From the NCBI GenBank assembly GCA_040772905.1, contig JAXGXJ010000005.1:70149-134148 (forward strand): 64,000 bases of DNA, read 5' to 3'. The translations under genes and the position numbers were made by a program. Positions 1 through 9,727 of this stretch are shown here, in pieces (positions within the stretch are counted from its first letter, which is position 1; every line of letters starts with the position of its first letter). The notes below the pieces were generated by a model that made no database searches, was not told where the DNA came from, and was given only the letters and a program-made list of their open reading frames with translations. The stretch is from Thermoleophilia bacterium (lineage in GTDB: Bacteria > Actinomycetota > Thermoleophilia > RBG-16-64-13).

Positions 1-290
1 TCGACCGCGGTCACGGCGGACTCCATCGCCGTCTTGGAGTATAGCAAGCGACGTGCAGCGATTCTTCGGCCGGTTCGAGGATCGGCTCATCACGCGGCGA
101 CTCTCCGGCACCCTGCCCTATCAGATAATGACCGGCGTCGATATGACCTGGGTGGGCGAGACCGCCGCGGCCGTCACCACCGTCACCGCGGTCAAGGGCT
201 ATCGCTCGGCTGCCTGGCCCAGATGGCCGAGACCGGGGCGCCGCTCGACCAGCCCGGCCCCGGAAGACGTGGCCTCAGAACCTCGCCTCG

Positions 291-1037
291 TCACCGCGCC
301 ATGAGCGCGAACACGCCCCAGCCCAGGTACTCACGCGTGTAGGCGGCGTACTGCTCGGGTCCCGAGGCCAGTCTTTCTCGGACTTCTTGCGCCAACTCAT
401 CACCGGGGTTGGCGTCGAGCCAACGGCGCATGGTGAGCCACTGAGCCGCCTCGTATCGGTCCCAGCTATCCTGGTCGGCCAAGACCATCTCCACGACGTC
501 GTAGCTCAAGCGGCCGAAGGACGCAAGAAGCTTTGGAAGCAGGAGAAAGTCGGAGATCGAGTCGGCAAGGCACCCCCTGGCGACCTCTTCCGTCGGCGGC
601 AACTGCCTCCAGTAGGGCTCGCCGATGAGGATGATCCCTCCGGGGACGAGGCTCTTAGCCAGAAGCTCGATAGTGCCGGCGACTCCCCCACCGATCCACG
701 TGGCCCCGACACAGGCGGCCACATCGACCTTCTCGTCAGAGACGTAGCCCACAGCATCGCCATGGATGAACGTGACCTGATCCGCGACCCCGAGTTCTTG
801 AGCGCGACGGTTGGCGTGCTCGGTGAACAACTCGCTCATATCGACGCCGGTGCCGACGATCCCATGATCGCGTGCCCAGGTGCACAGCATCTCCCCCGAA
901 CCGCTGCCGAGGTCGAGCACTCTGGTGCCCGCTTCCAGACGCAGGGCAGCACCCAGAGTGGCGAGCTTGTCGGGTGTGAACGGGTTGTGGATGCGATGAG
1001 CGCTTTCGGTGATATTGAAGATGCGCGGGATGTCCAA
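291..1037 (-). CDS. class I SAM-dependent methyltransferase
   Basis: 248-aa ORF with glycine-rich SAM-binding motif VLDLGSGSG followed by an acidic loop, typical of Rossmann-fold methyltransferases. Confidence 0.75.
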   Translation of the reverse strand: MDIPRIFNITESAHRIHNPFTPDKLATLGAALRLEAGTRVLDLGSGSGEMLCTWARDHGIVGTGVDMSELFTEHANRRAQELGVADQVTFIHGDAVGYVSDEKVDVAACVGATWIGGGVAGTIELLAKSLVPGGIILIGEPYWRQLPPTEEVARGCLADSISDFLLLPKLLASFGRLSYDVVEMVLADQDSWDRYEAAQWLTMRRWLDANPGDELAQEVRERLASGPEQYAAYTREYLGWGVFALMAR

Positions 1038-1283
1038 TGTAGAGAATCTCCTTGTGCGTGTGCATCGACACAGATGGGCGATCAGGCGATCGCTGCCGAG
1101 GACCTCATCTCCTCAGCCGCTTCAGAGCCGGAATCGGCTCTGAGCCCCATCGGTCCATCCGCTTCTGTTGGCAGCATAGCAGCGTCCCGCTCGACCATGC
1201 GCATGCCGTCCGCCATTCTTGCGGGCTTGACCGCCCGCCGGGGACCTGCGCGTGATGACCAAGCACAGCAAAGGAGAAGTCGT

Positions 1284-1694
1284 GTGAACAAACAGCATCC
1301 CTCGCTCGAGACGTGGCTGGACGAGATCAAGAGCGCATCTGATGGCAAGGAAATCGGAGCCTTCTTCATCCATAACGGCGTGGTGCGAGGCACCACGCGC
1401 GAGGGTGTGCCGGTCTGCGCTCTCGACATCTCGTGTGACCATGAGCGTCTGGCTAAGGCCATGGCCGCAGTAGAAGAAATGCCCGGTGTGGTCGCAGCGC
1501 GTACGTGCATCAACGAAGGCACGCTGAAGGTGGGCGAAGACATGATCTATGCACTGGTGGCGGGCGACATCAGAAAGAACGTCTTCCGTGGATGGGAGAC
1601 CCCAGTGAAACGCATCAAATCAGAGGTCGTCGTGTTCTGCGAGATGCTCGAGACAGGGTCCATAAGGACCCACTCACATGGGGAGATGCTGTGA
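1284..1694 (+). CDS. hypothetical protein (weak MoaE-like pattern)
   Basis: C-terminal 137 codons of track ORF 387..1694. The upstream part of that ORF is antisense to the methyltransferase. GTG at 1284 is preceded by AAGGAGAAG. Function unknown. Confidence 0.4.
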   Translation: MNKQHPSLETWLDEIKSASDGKEIGAFFIHNGVVRGTTREGVPVCALDISCDHERLAKAMAAVEEMPGVVAARTCINEGTLKVGEDMIYALVAGDIRKNVFRGWETPVKRIKSEVVVFCEMLETGSIRTHSHGEML

Positions 1695-1891
1695 CGAAAC
1701 GACGTACCGCCACGACCCGTCGGTTAGGGGAGCCCTGCACGCCTGATGCCGACGGTGTTGCAGGTCGACGAGCCACGATGGACCGAGATCGCGGCAATAT
1801 CCCGCGACATAGTGTCGGCTGTTCGTGAGCAGGATCCTGTGAGCCATTCGAAGGTCTGCACCGTTGAATTCACCGACTCCTGGCGTCAATC

Positions 1892-2824
1892 TCACTCGCG
1901 CGAAGCCGCCTCCTGTATGGACGCTTCATAGCGTTTGACCTCGCTGTCAATGTCGACTCGGCCGTCAAGACCCGCCCGTATCGCGAAATAGAGCCATAGG
2001 TGCGCACGCAGCAGATCCGTACGATCGTATTTGTCATCCCACGATGCTCGTAGTTGCGTGTTGTCGAAAGCACCTACGACACTGTAGGCCAGTAGTTCAA
2101 TGGGAACGCTGATCGTGGATCCCGACGGCTGCATCGCCTGGATGTCGGCTGCCACGCGCTCGACGATTCCTGTGTAGGTTTGGACCAACGTGTCGAACAC
2201 ATCACTGTTCTCAGTAGACTTCGCCCGAATCAGTGAAACAGCCTCGGCCCGCAATGTGTGGCGCATCGGGTCGGAGGCAAGACGAGCGAGGAGCCGTTCG
2301 GCCGGGTTGGTTTCTGTCTCCAACGGGGGCTCGACAGACTCAAAACTGGACTTCATCACGACCTTGAAGCACTCCGCGAGAAGGTGGAGTTTGCTGTCCA
2401 CGTGGCTGTAGAAAACGTGACGAGTCGTGCCAACCTTCTTGATGATGGTGGACAAGTGGGTGTCTTCGTATCCGTTGACCGCGAACTCGCGCGCCGCCGT
2501 CTCGATTATCGCCGCATGGATGCGTTCGTACTCGCGGGCCGCCAGGTCCGCGTCGTTGTCGCTCGCATCTGCGATATCAGGCTCAAGTTCGTCCCTGATC
2601 TCGGCAAGCGACAGCCCCGACTCCTTGAGCTCGGTGATCCGACGCAGCAGTTCGACGTGCTTCTCGGTATAGAGAGAGCGGCTCACGGCCGTCTTGGCGG
2701 GCCGCGGCAACAGCTCTTCGCCGATGTAGAAATGGATGGTGCTTCGCGGGACACCCGTCGCGCGCTCGAGCGCTGATATGGAGAATGTGGTGACACTCCC
2801 TCCTTGTGTCGAGACGGTTTCCAT
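1892..2824 (-). CDS. transcriptional regulator with N-terminal MerR-type HTH fused to a TetR-type HTH plus ligand domain
   Basis: Residues ~13-80 (FSISALERATGVPRSTIHFYIGEELL...LAEIRDEL) match the MerR HTH. Residues ~95-150 (AAREFAVNGYEDTHLSTIIKKVGTTRHVFYSHVDSK) match the TetR N-terminal HTH, followed by a helical C-terminal domain. Confidence 0.7.
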   Translation of the reverse strand: METVSTQGGSVTTFSISALERATGVPRSTIHFYIGEELLPRPAKTAVSRSLYTEKHVELLRRITELKESGLSLAEIRDELEPDIADASDNDADLAAREYERIHAAIIETAAREFAVNGYEDTHLSTIIKKVGTTRHVFYSHVDSKLHLLAECFKVVMKSSFESVEPPLETETNPAERLLARLASDPMRHTLRAEAVSLIRAKSTENSDVFDTLVQTYTGIVERVAADIQAMQPSGSTISVPIELLAYSVVGAFDNTQLRASWDDKYDRTDLLRAHLWLYFAIRAGLDGRVDIDSEVKRYEASIQEAASRE

Positions 2825-3020
2825 CTAGATCTGTCCTTTCTTCGCCTCGCTACAACAGTAGCACTGCGCGAGGGGCCTTGCCAATCGAATTAATAACTCG
2901 GATTCCACAGTCGAGACATTGACAAGAACAACGAGCATCGTTAGCATGTCCTGGTGTGAGCCATCGGTCGCAACGGAACTGAACCAGCAAGCGCGGAGAG
3001 ATGATCCAGGGAGTCGGCGA

Positions 3021-4022
3021 ATGACTAACGGGGTGTGCGAGAGGCTGGGAATCACCCATCCGATAATACAAGGCCCAATGGCATGGGCGTCCGACAGCAA
3101 TCTCGTCGCCGCCGTCTCGAACGCCGGAGGGTTGGGGATTCTCGGCATCGGGTCGGTCCCCGTCGAGGTCGCTCGCACCGAGATCAGAAAGACCAAGGCA
3201 TTGACCGACCGGTCTTTCGGTTTCAACCTGTATCCCTTCGTTCCCACCATCGACGACATGATCGGCGTGCTCCTTCAGGAGCGAGTGCGGGTGGTCGAAA
3301 TAAGCACGATCCCTGGGCTGCTCGAGCCATTGCCAGGATGTGTAGCCACATTGAAGGCGGGCGAGACAGTCGTGATCGGGAAGGCGGCCACCGTGGACGA
3401 AGCCGTGGCATTCGAGCGCGCGGGCGCCGACTTCATCGCCATCAAGGGCGCGGACGGCGGCGGACACGTCTACGGCTTCACGGGCACGTTCTCCCTTCTT
3501 CCTCAAGTTGTCGACGCGGTCTCCGTGCCTGTCATTAACGGCGGTGGAGTCGCGGACGGGCGAGGGATGGCGGCATCGTTCATGCTCGGGGCGGTGGCAG
3601 TGGAAATCGGAAGCAGGTTCCTCTTGGCCCATGAATGCCCCGTCCACGAGAACTACAAGCAGGCGGTGCTGCGGGCGGCGGAAGGAGAGACGGTGCTGAC
3701 CGGAGTCATTTGCGGTGACGCGGTGCGGCAGTTGCCCAACCGCCTCTCCGAAAGACTCCAATCGATCGAGCGCGAGTGCACTGTCGAGGAGGCTACCAGC
3801 AGGATACGGGAGATGGCCACCGATTCCCTGCGGAAAGCAGCCGTGGACGGCGACATTCGGGACGGCTGCGTAGTGGTCGGGCAGATCGCCGGGATGCTGA
3901 ACAAGACGCAAAGCGCCAAAGAGATCATCGATGAGATCGTGACGGAGTGCGCGTCAGCTCTCGCTGCAGCCGACCGTCTCATCCAGCGCCGAGGATACGG
4001 GGAGAGTCTCATTGCTGGATGA
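3021..4022 (+). CDS. nitronate monooxygenase (NMO / 2-nitropropane dioxygenase family)
   Basis: ATG at 3021 in frame with track ORF 2919..4022. Motifs THPIIQGPMAWASD and VSNAGGLGILG are typical of the FMN-dependent NMO TIM barrel. Confidence 0.8.
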   Translation: MTNGVCERLGITHPIIQGPMAWASDSNLVAAVSNAGGLGILGIGSVPVEVARTEIRKTKALTDRSFGFNLYPFVPTIDDMIGVLLQERVRVVEISTIPGLLEPLPGCVATLKAGETVVIGKAATVDEAVAFERAGADFIAIKGADGGGHVYGFTGTFSLLPQVVDAVSVPVINGGGVADGRGMAASFMLGAVAVEIGSRFLLAHECPVHENYKQAVLRAAEGETVLTGVICGDAVRQLPNRLSERLQSIERECTVEEATSRIREMATDSLRKAAVDGDIRDGCVVVGQIAGMLNKTQSAKEIIDEIVTECASALAAADRLIQRRGYGESLIAG

Positions 4023-4165
4023 AGTGATCGAGCTGGCGAGTAGGCTCAACCTGACTTTGGTGGGTTTCGCTCGTCTGGGCCGCATCAACGTCTACAGCGC
4101 AGCGGACAGGATCGCTGCCGGTGCAGCGGTCAAATACCTGGCATGAAACCAAGGGAGGAGGGCCC

Positions 4166-5023
4166 ATGAAGTTATGTCTTCTGAATGTTGCTTCCGCTGA
4201 GGAGCCCAACGCATTTCTCGATCAGCTTCATGCCCTCTGGAGTAGGAACTTCGCGCTCGTGAAGCAACAGAACACCCAGATTACCTCGCGGGTCAGCACC
4301 TGGGGGATCGAGGGCATGGACGGTTTCTTCTACCACAGCATCGACACGCTGAATGCCCAAGCTGTCTTTCAGGCGGCCGTCTCCGCGGAAAGGGACGGGT
4401 TCGACGCCTTGCTCATTACCTGTTTCGGCGATCCCATGCTGCCTCAGATCCGGCAGGCGGTGAATATTCCGGTCGCGAGCATCGGGGAGGCCTCCCTGTT
4501 GACGGCAGCGATGATGGGGAACTCATTCGGGGTTGTACACATCTCCGAGTACAACATCATCGAAACGAAGCACAAGATCCACCAGTACGGCTTGTCGGAA
4601 CGCCTCGCCAATGTCCGGCCGATCGATGAGGGCCCCATGGAACAGGGCGAGGCGATCTTCAACGCCGCCCGCGCAATCCAGTCCTTTTCGAAGGTCGGAC
4701 GGGAGTTGATAGCCGACGGCGCAGAGGTACTCATCCCCGCCTGCGGGCTGATGTCCCCTGCGCTCCGCCTGGCACCCGGTCTGGAAGAGGACTACCCGAA
4801 CGGCTTCACCGAACTGGACGGAGTCCCCATCCTGGACGTCATGGCCTGCGGGATCAAGGCAGCCGAAACGCTCTACGCGTTGAAGGACTGCGGCTCCTCT
4901 TGGATCAGCCGTCGGAACCTGTACGCGCAGCCGACCCCTGCAGCCCGGGAGTCAGGAAGAGTGGTGTTGAAGGACGATCGGATGCGGTTCTGGGATACCC
5001 CCTTGCGTGTGAACGAAGCGTGA
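4166..5023 (+). CDS. Asp/Glu/hydantoin racemase family protein (arylmalonate decarboxylase / maleate isomerase-like)
   Basis: ATG at 4166 after AAGGGAGGAGGG. Overall pattern and the paired Cys-containing segments CFGDP and IPACG suggest the family. Confidence 0.6.
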   Translation: MKLCLLNVASAEEPNAFLDQLHALWSRNFALVKQQNTQITSRVSTWGIEGMDGFFYHSIDTLNAQAVFQAAVSAERDGFDALLITCFGDPMLPQIRQAVNIPVASIGEASLLTAAMMGNSFGVVHISEYNIIETKHKIHQYGLSERLANVRPIDEGPMEQGEAIFNAARAIQSFSKVGRELIADGAEVLIPACGLMSPALRLAPGLEEDYPNGFTELDGVPILDVMACGIKAAETLYALKDCGSSWISRRNLYAQPTPAARESGRVVLKDDRMRFWDTPLRVNEA

Positions 5024-5063
5024 GAACAACGGTGATCAGAGGCTCGATAGGAGGGTCGGAGCT

Positions 5064-5741
5064 GTGAGTAGATGGGGAATGGTGATTGACCTGAGACGGT
5101 GTGTTTCTTGCTACGCCTGTGTCTTGGCATGCAAGCAGGAACACTTCCTCCCGCCAAAGGTATTCAGATGCGAGCTGCTGATAGGTGAGAAGGGAGAGTA
5201 TCCGAACGCCAAGAAGTTCGTCTACCCCGTCCAATGCAATCAATGCGGTGAAGCGATATGTGTCGAGGTATGCCCGACAGGAGCAACCAGCAAGAGAGAA
5301 GACGGCATCGTGACGGTTGACCCGGACAAATGCACGGGATGCCAGCAATGCATCCTCGCCTGCCCATACCAGCACCGCACCTGCTACTACGGGGAGGAAA
5401 GGGAGTACTTTCCGGGACAGGGCCAGACCGCACTGGAAGAGATCGGCGAGAAGCTCTATCCGCATCAGAGTGGCACTGCCGTCAAGTGTGAATTCTGTGT
5501 TGAACGGATCGACGAGGGTCTCAAGCGGGGGCTCAAACCTGGAGTCGATCGGGACGCGACGCCCGCCTGCGTGAACGTCTGCATGGGCAAAGCGCGGGTC
5601 TTCGGAGATCTGGACGACCCGGAAAGCGAAGTCTCGAAGCTGATCAGGGAGAAGCTTCCCTATTGCCTTCACCCTGAGTTTGCCACTCTGCCCTCGATCT
5701 ACTACTTCGAGTCCACCGAGAAGCAAGAGGCCTTGCGATGA
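5064..5741 (+). CDS. 4Fe-4S ferredoxin-type electron-transfer subunit of a molybdopterin oxidoreductase (DmsB/PsrB/NrfC-like)
   Basis: Four Cys clusters (CVSCYACVLAC, CNQCGEAICVEVCP, CTGCQQCILACP, CEFC...CVNVC). No Tat or Sec signal. GTG start after AGGAGGG. Confidence 0.8.
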   Translation: MSRWGMVIDLRRCVSCYACVLACKQEHFLPPKVFRCELLIGEKGEYPNAKKFVYPVQCNQCGEAICVEVCPTGATSKREDGIVTVDPDKCTGCQQCILACPYQHRTCYYGEEREYFPGQGQTALEEIGEKLYPHQSGTAVKCEFCVERIDEGLKRGLKPGVDRDATPACVNVCMGKARVFGDLDDPESEVSKLIREKLPYCLHPEFATLPSIYYFESTEKQEALR

Positions 5742-7039
5742 GCGACTACGACCTGATCATACTTGGTGGCGGGCCCGGCGGATATGCGGCCGCGGTCAGG
5801 GCCGGCCGGTTGGGGCTGAAGACCGCGCTGGTGGAGAAGGAACTCGTCGGGGGCACCTGTATCAACTGGGGATGTGTGCCTACCAAGGCTTTGCTTCGCT
5901 ACGCCAAGGCGGTCCGATCGAGATCCACCGCTGATGGCGCTCCGCCCGTAGAGTACAGCGCCGCCCACGCGCAGAGCTCGAAGATCGCCGTAGAGCGGCG
6001 CGAACGACTGGAGGCGCTGCTGAAGGCCTGTCAGGTAGCGCTCTATTCCGGAAAGGCGCACCTACTGAGCGATGAAGAGGTGCGGATGGACCGCACAGGG
6101 GACAGGCTCAGCGCCAGGAACATCATCATCGCGACGGGTTCGGCGCCCAGGCAGATTCCCGGCGCCGAATGGGACGGCGTCAACATCATCAACACGCGGC
6201 AGGCTCTCGCCCTGCGCGAGGCCCCCTCGTCTGCGGTCATCGTCGGCTCCGGCTCCACCGGGATGGAGTTCGCCACCATATGGAACCGGTTCGGGACCAA
6301 GGTGACGGTGCTCGAAATGATGCCGACTATCCTCGGGACCGACGACGCCGCGATGTCGTCAGAAGCGGCGGCCCACTTCAGGGAGGTGGGCGTGCATATA
6401 CAAACCGGGGTAACCGTCGACGGCATCTCGAGCACCCCCGCCGGGGTCGAGGTGAAGTTCGGCGACGCCCACAGCGAGGAGACAGTGCTCGCCGACAAGG
6501 TGTTGATCGCCGCCGGCATCATACCCAACAGCGACAACCTGGGTCTGGAAGCACTAGAAGTGGAGCTGGAGTGCGGCAACCACATAAGGATCGACCGGCA
6601 GATGCGTACGAACATTCCCAGCATCTACGCGGTGGGCGACGTGACCGGGAAGCTACCCCTTGCTTTTGCAGCTACTGAGCAGGCGATGATCGCAGTGGAG
6701 GCGATAGCCGGCCACGACACAAGAGATCTTGTCTACGAGAACATCCCGCGGTGCGTCTATTCCGACATCGAAATGGCTACGGTCGGCTTGACCGAAAAAC
6801 AGGCAAGAGAGCGCGGCTACCCGGTCACCATCGTCAGGGAAGCCATACCGGCAAGAGCGCCTGCCCCCGGCAAGAGCGACGGATCCATCAAACTGATCGC
6901 TCACGAGACGACCCAGAAGGTACTGGGGGCCGCAATGCTGGGCGGCGACGCCACCGGGCAGATAGCCGTCCCGGCGCGGATGATCAGCCTCGGGGTCACG
7001 GTTCCGGAACTACTGGATGTTGTACGTGGTGGGAGATAG
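5738..7039 (+). CDS. FAD-dependent pyridine nucleotide-disulfide oxidoreductase (Lpd/MerA/GR class I-like)
   Basis: N-terminal DLIILGGGPGGYAAA FAD fold. Redox-active disulfide GGTCINWGCVPTK. Second GSGSTG NAD(P) fold. The start overlaps the upstream stop (ATGA). Lacks the C-terminal HPT motif of true Lpd. Confidence 0.8.
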   Translation: MSDYDLIILGGGPGGYAAAVRAGRLGLKTALVEKELVGGTCINWGCVPTKALLRYAKAVRSRSTADGAPPVEYSAAHAQSSKIAVERRERLEALLKACQVALYSGKAHLLSDEEVRMDRTGDRLSARNIIIATGSAPRQIPGAEWDGVNIINTRQALALREAPSSAVIVGSGSTGMEFATIWNRFGTKVTVLEMMPTILGTDDAAMSSEAAAHFREVGVHIQTGVTVDGISSTPAGVEVKFGDAHSEETVLADKVLIAAGIIPNSDNLGLEALEVELECGNHIRIDRQMRTNIPSIYAVGDVTGKLPLAFAATEQAMIAVEAIAGHDTRDLVYENIPRCVYSDIEMATVGLTEKQARERGYPVTIVREAIPARAPAPGKSDGSIKLIAHETTQKVLGAAMLGGDATGQIAVPARMISLGVTVPELLDVVRGGR

Positions 7040-7041
7040 CC

Positions 7042-9666
7042 ATGCAGACAGCGACACTGAACAAAGACGAGCAGATCTGGGAAGACGTCTGGGTCTACAC
7101 CCAGTGCCACCGGTGCCAGGGCGAATGTGGACTCCGCGCCCACCGCGTCAACGGCGTGGTAGTGAAGCTGGAAGGCGTTCCTGAATCGAGCGTGGGGTCC
7201 AGGGGCGGCCTCTGCCCCCGAGGCATGGCGGGCCTGCAGGTGCTCTACGATCCAAACCGGCTGAATACGCCTCTGAAACGCACCAATCCCGAGAAGGGAA
7301 TCGGGGTCGACCCGAAATGGGAGAAGATCTCCTGGGAAGAGGCCTTGGACGAGATCAGCACCAGACTACGGACGGCGCTGGACGAGGATCCTTCCAGGGT
7401 GGTGATTCAACACGGGATCGTTCCAGGAAATCAGATCATCCCATACTTCCTTGTCCCCATGCTGGCCTGCCTGAACAGCGAACGGGGGCAGGTCGAGCAC
7501 ATCACTTCGGCGGGCTCGCACTGCGGCAGCGCGGGACACTTCGTCAATGCTCTCAACTATGCCGCGTTCGTCATCATGCCCGATTTCAACTACTGCAACT
7601 ACCAGATCGTCTTTGGAACGAACACGGGAAACGGTGGTTTCCAGCAGTACACATCCATGCAGGGAGCGGCAGCACGGGCGCGTGGCATGAAGCTGGTGGT
7701 GTTCGATCCGGTGTGCAACAACGCGGCAAGCAAGGCGGACGAGTGGGTGCCGCTGATTCCGGGGACGGACGGCATCGTGGCGCTGGCGATGCTGCACGTG
7801 ATCGCCAACGAGTTGGGCATGATCGACACGGACTATCTGAAGAACCGGTCGAATGCATCCTACCTGATCGCCCCTGACGGCCATTACGTGAGAGACAGGG
7901 AAACCAACAAGCCGATGATCTGGGATGAGACGGCGGGCAAGGCAAAGACCTTCGACGATCCTACCATCGGTGAGATCGCGCTCGACGGCTCATTCCAGGT
8001 GCAGGGCACCGAAGCCAGGCCGGCCTGGGTACTGTTGAAAGAGCGCTTCCAGGAATACCCGCCCGAGAAAGCGGCTCCCATCAGCGGGGTCCCGGCGAAG
8101 ACGATCCGCCGCATCGCTACCGAGTTCGCTCAGGCGGCGCAGATCGGCGCGACCATAACCATAGATGGCAAGGAGATGCCTTTCCGACCCGTCTCGACCT
8201 TCAACATCCGCTCCGCAGGCACGCACAAGAACGGGACACAGACCCTGTTTGCCATCGACCTGCTGAACCATGTGGTGGGCGCAGTGAACGTTCCGGGAGG
8301 TTGCGCGACCGTCTCGATGGAGTGCCATGGACATCCCGCAACGCACCAACCGTATCTGGGAGCCGCCAGTTGTCCCGACGGCCTGTTGAGGACCGGAGGC
8401 AGATGGCTTTTCCCGGAAGGCGGCCCTTGGCCGCTGCGGGACATCAGCTACCCGGAGCACTGTCTTGAAGAGCTCTTCCCGTGCGCCCTGGAAATCCCGA
8501 TGATCAACGCGGCGGACCGGGAGGAAGTCCTAGCCAAGGTCGGCTTGGAGAAGGAGCATGATGTTCTCATCAATTATGCTTCCAACGCGGCTGTGAACGG
8601 AGCCAACCCGGCCGACAGGGAACGCTTCTACAAGAAGATCCCGTTCGTCGTTGACATCGACCTGTTCTCCAACGAATTCAACGAAGCCTTCGCCGACATC
8701 CTGCTGCCCGATGCCTGCTATCTGGAGCGGTCGGACTGGATGGGCATCCAGCACACCTATCACAACCAGCCCGTGGGATTGGACTATCCCTGGTGCTGCC
8801 ACATCACCCAAGCGGTGGTGGAACCCATGTACGAGCGCAGAGACTCGGCCCAGGTTGTGATCGACATCCTCAACCGGGTAGGGCTCGGTCCTAAGCTCAA
8901 CATGGTGTTCAACGATCTGTTCGGCCTGCGCGCGGACAAGAAGCTCGCCCCGGGTGACACCATCGTGTGGGAGGACCTGTGCAACAGGGCCGTCACCTCG
9001 GTCTTCGGCGACGAATACGACTGGGAGTGGTTCAAGAAGAACGGCTTCATCTCATGGCCGAAGAAGGTCGAGGAAGTGTATTGGGGAGCGTTCAGAGAAG
9101 GTATCCGGCGGCAGGTCTATTGGGAATTCATGCTCGATGTCGGACAGAAGATCGAGCACATCGCCAAGGACGCCGGCCTAGAAGGCTATCTGGATCTGAA
9201 GCAGTACGATCCGCTGCCCATGTGGACGCCTATCCCCGCGCATGAGGTGGGGGACGCATCCTACGATCTGTATGCGTTCTCGTGGGGCGATGCTATGCAC
9301 GGCAATGCGAATTGCCAGCAGCAGCCGTGGATCGACGAAGTGAGCACATCGAATCCCTTCACCTACTACGTCAACATCAACGAGGACACCGCGAAGGCCA
9401 AGGGACTGAAGGCCGGAGATGTGGTCGAGATCGAATCCTCCAGCGGACTCAAGACCAAGGGCGTGCTGCAGACGAGAAAAGCGCAGCATCCCTCCACTCT
9501 CACCGTCATGGGTGTGTCCGGCCACTGGGCCAAGGGAAAGCCGATCGCCAGAGGGAAAGGCGTCAACTTCAACTCACTGATCGATTTCCGGTTCAGCGAT
9601 ATGGACCCCATCTCCGGCAGTATCGATGTGTGTGTGAAGGTGAGAGTCCAAAAGGCTCAGGCCTGA
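7042..9666 (+). CDS. molybdopterin (bis-PGD) oxidoreductase catalytic subunit, cytoplasmic
   Basis: ATG at 7042 after GGGAGA. N-terminal 4Fe-4S motif CHRCQGECGL...GGLCPRG. Length ~875 aa. No twin-arginine signal. In frame within track ORF 6751..9666. Confidence 0.85.
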   Translation: MQTATLNKDEQIWEDVWVYTQCHRCQGECGLRAHRVNGVVVKLEGVPESSVGSRGGLCPRGMAGLQVLYDPNRLNTPLKRTNPEKGIGVDPKWEKISWEEALDEISTRLRTALDEDPSRVVIQHGIVPGNQIIPYFLVPMLACLNSERGQVEHITSAGSHCGSAGHFVNALNYAAFVIMPDFNYCNYQIVFGTNTGNGGFQQYTSMQGAAARARGMKLVVFDPVCNNAASKADEWVPLIPGTDGIVALAMLHVIANELGMIDTDYLKNRSNASYLIAPDGHYVRDRETNKPMIWDETAGKAKTFDDPTIGEIALDGSFQVQGTEARPAWVLLKERFQEYPPEKAAPISGVPAKTIRRIATEFAQAAQIGATITIDGKEMPFRPVSTFNIRSAGTHKNGTQTLFAIDLLNHVVGAVNVPGGCATVSMECHGHPATHQPYLGAASCPDGLLRTGGRWLFPEGGPWPLRDISYPEHCLEELFPCALEIPMINAADREEVLAKVGLEKEHDVLINYASNAAVNGANPADRERFYKKIPFVVDIDLFSNEFNEAFADILLPDACYLERSDWMGIQHTYHNQPVGLDYPWCCHITQAVVEPMYERRDSAQVVIDILNRVGLGPKLNMVFNDLFGLRADKKLAPGDTIVWEDLCNRAVTSVFGDEYDWEWFKKNGFISWPKKVEEVYWGAFREGIRRQVYWEFMLDVGQKIEHIAKDAGLEGYLDLKQYDPLPMWTPIPAHEVGDASYDLYAFSWGDAMHGNANCQQQPWIDEVSTSNPFTYYVNINEDTAKAKGLKAGDVVEIESSSGLKTKGVLQTRKAQHPSTLTVMGVSGHWAKGKPIARGKGVNFNSLIDFRFSDMDPISGSIDVCVKVRVQKAQA

Positions 9667-9727
9667 CGTGGGCGGGGCGGACACCGCGCAGGGCCACAAC
9701 ACGGGAAGGAGGCCATCTCGAGGTCCC

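Noticed and set aside
387-1283. N-terminal 300 codons of track ORF 387..1694
   Set aside because: Antisense to the methyltransferase gene with no motif. Only the 3' part after the GTG at 1284, which has an RBS, is retained.
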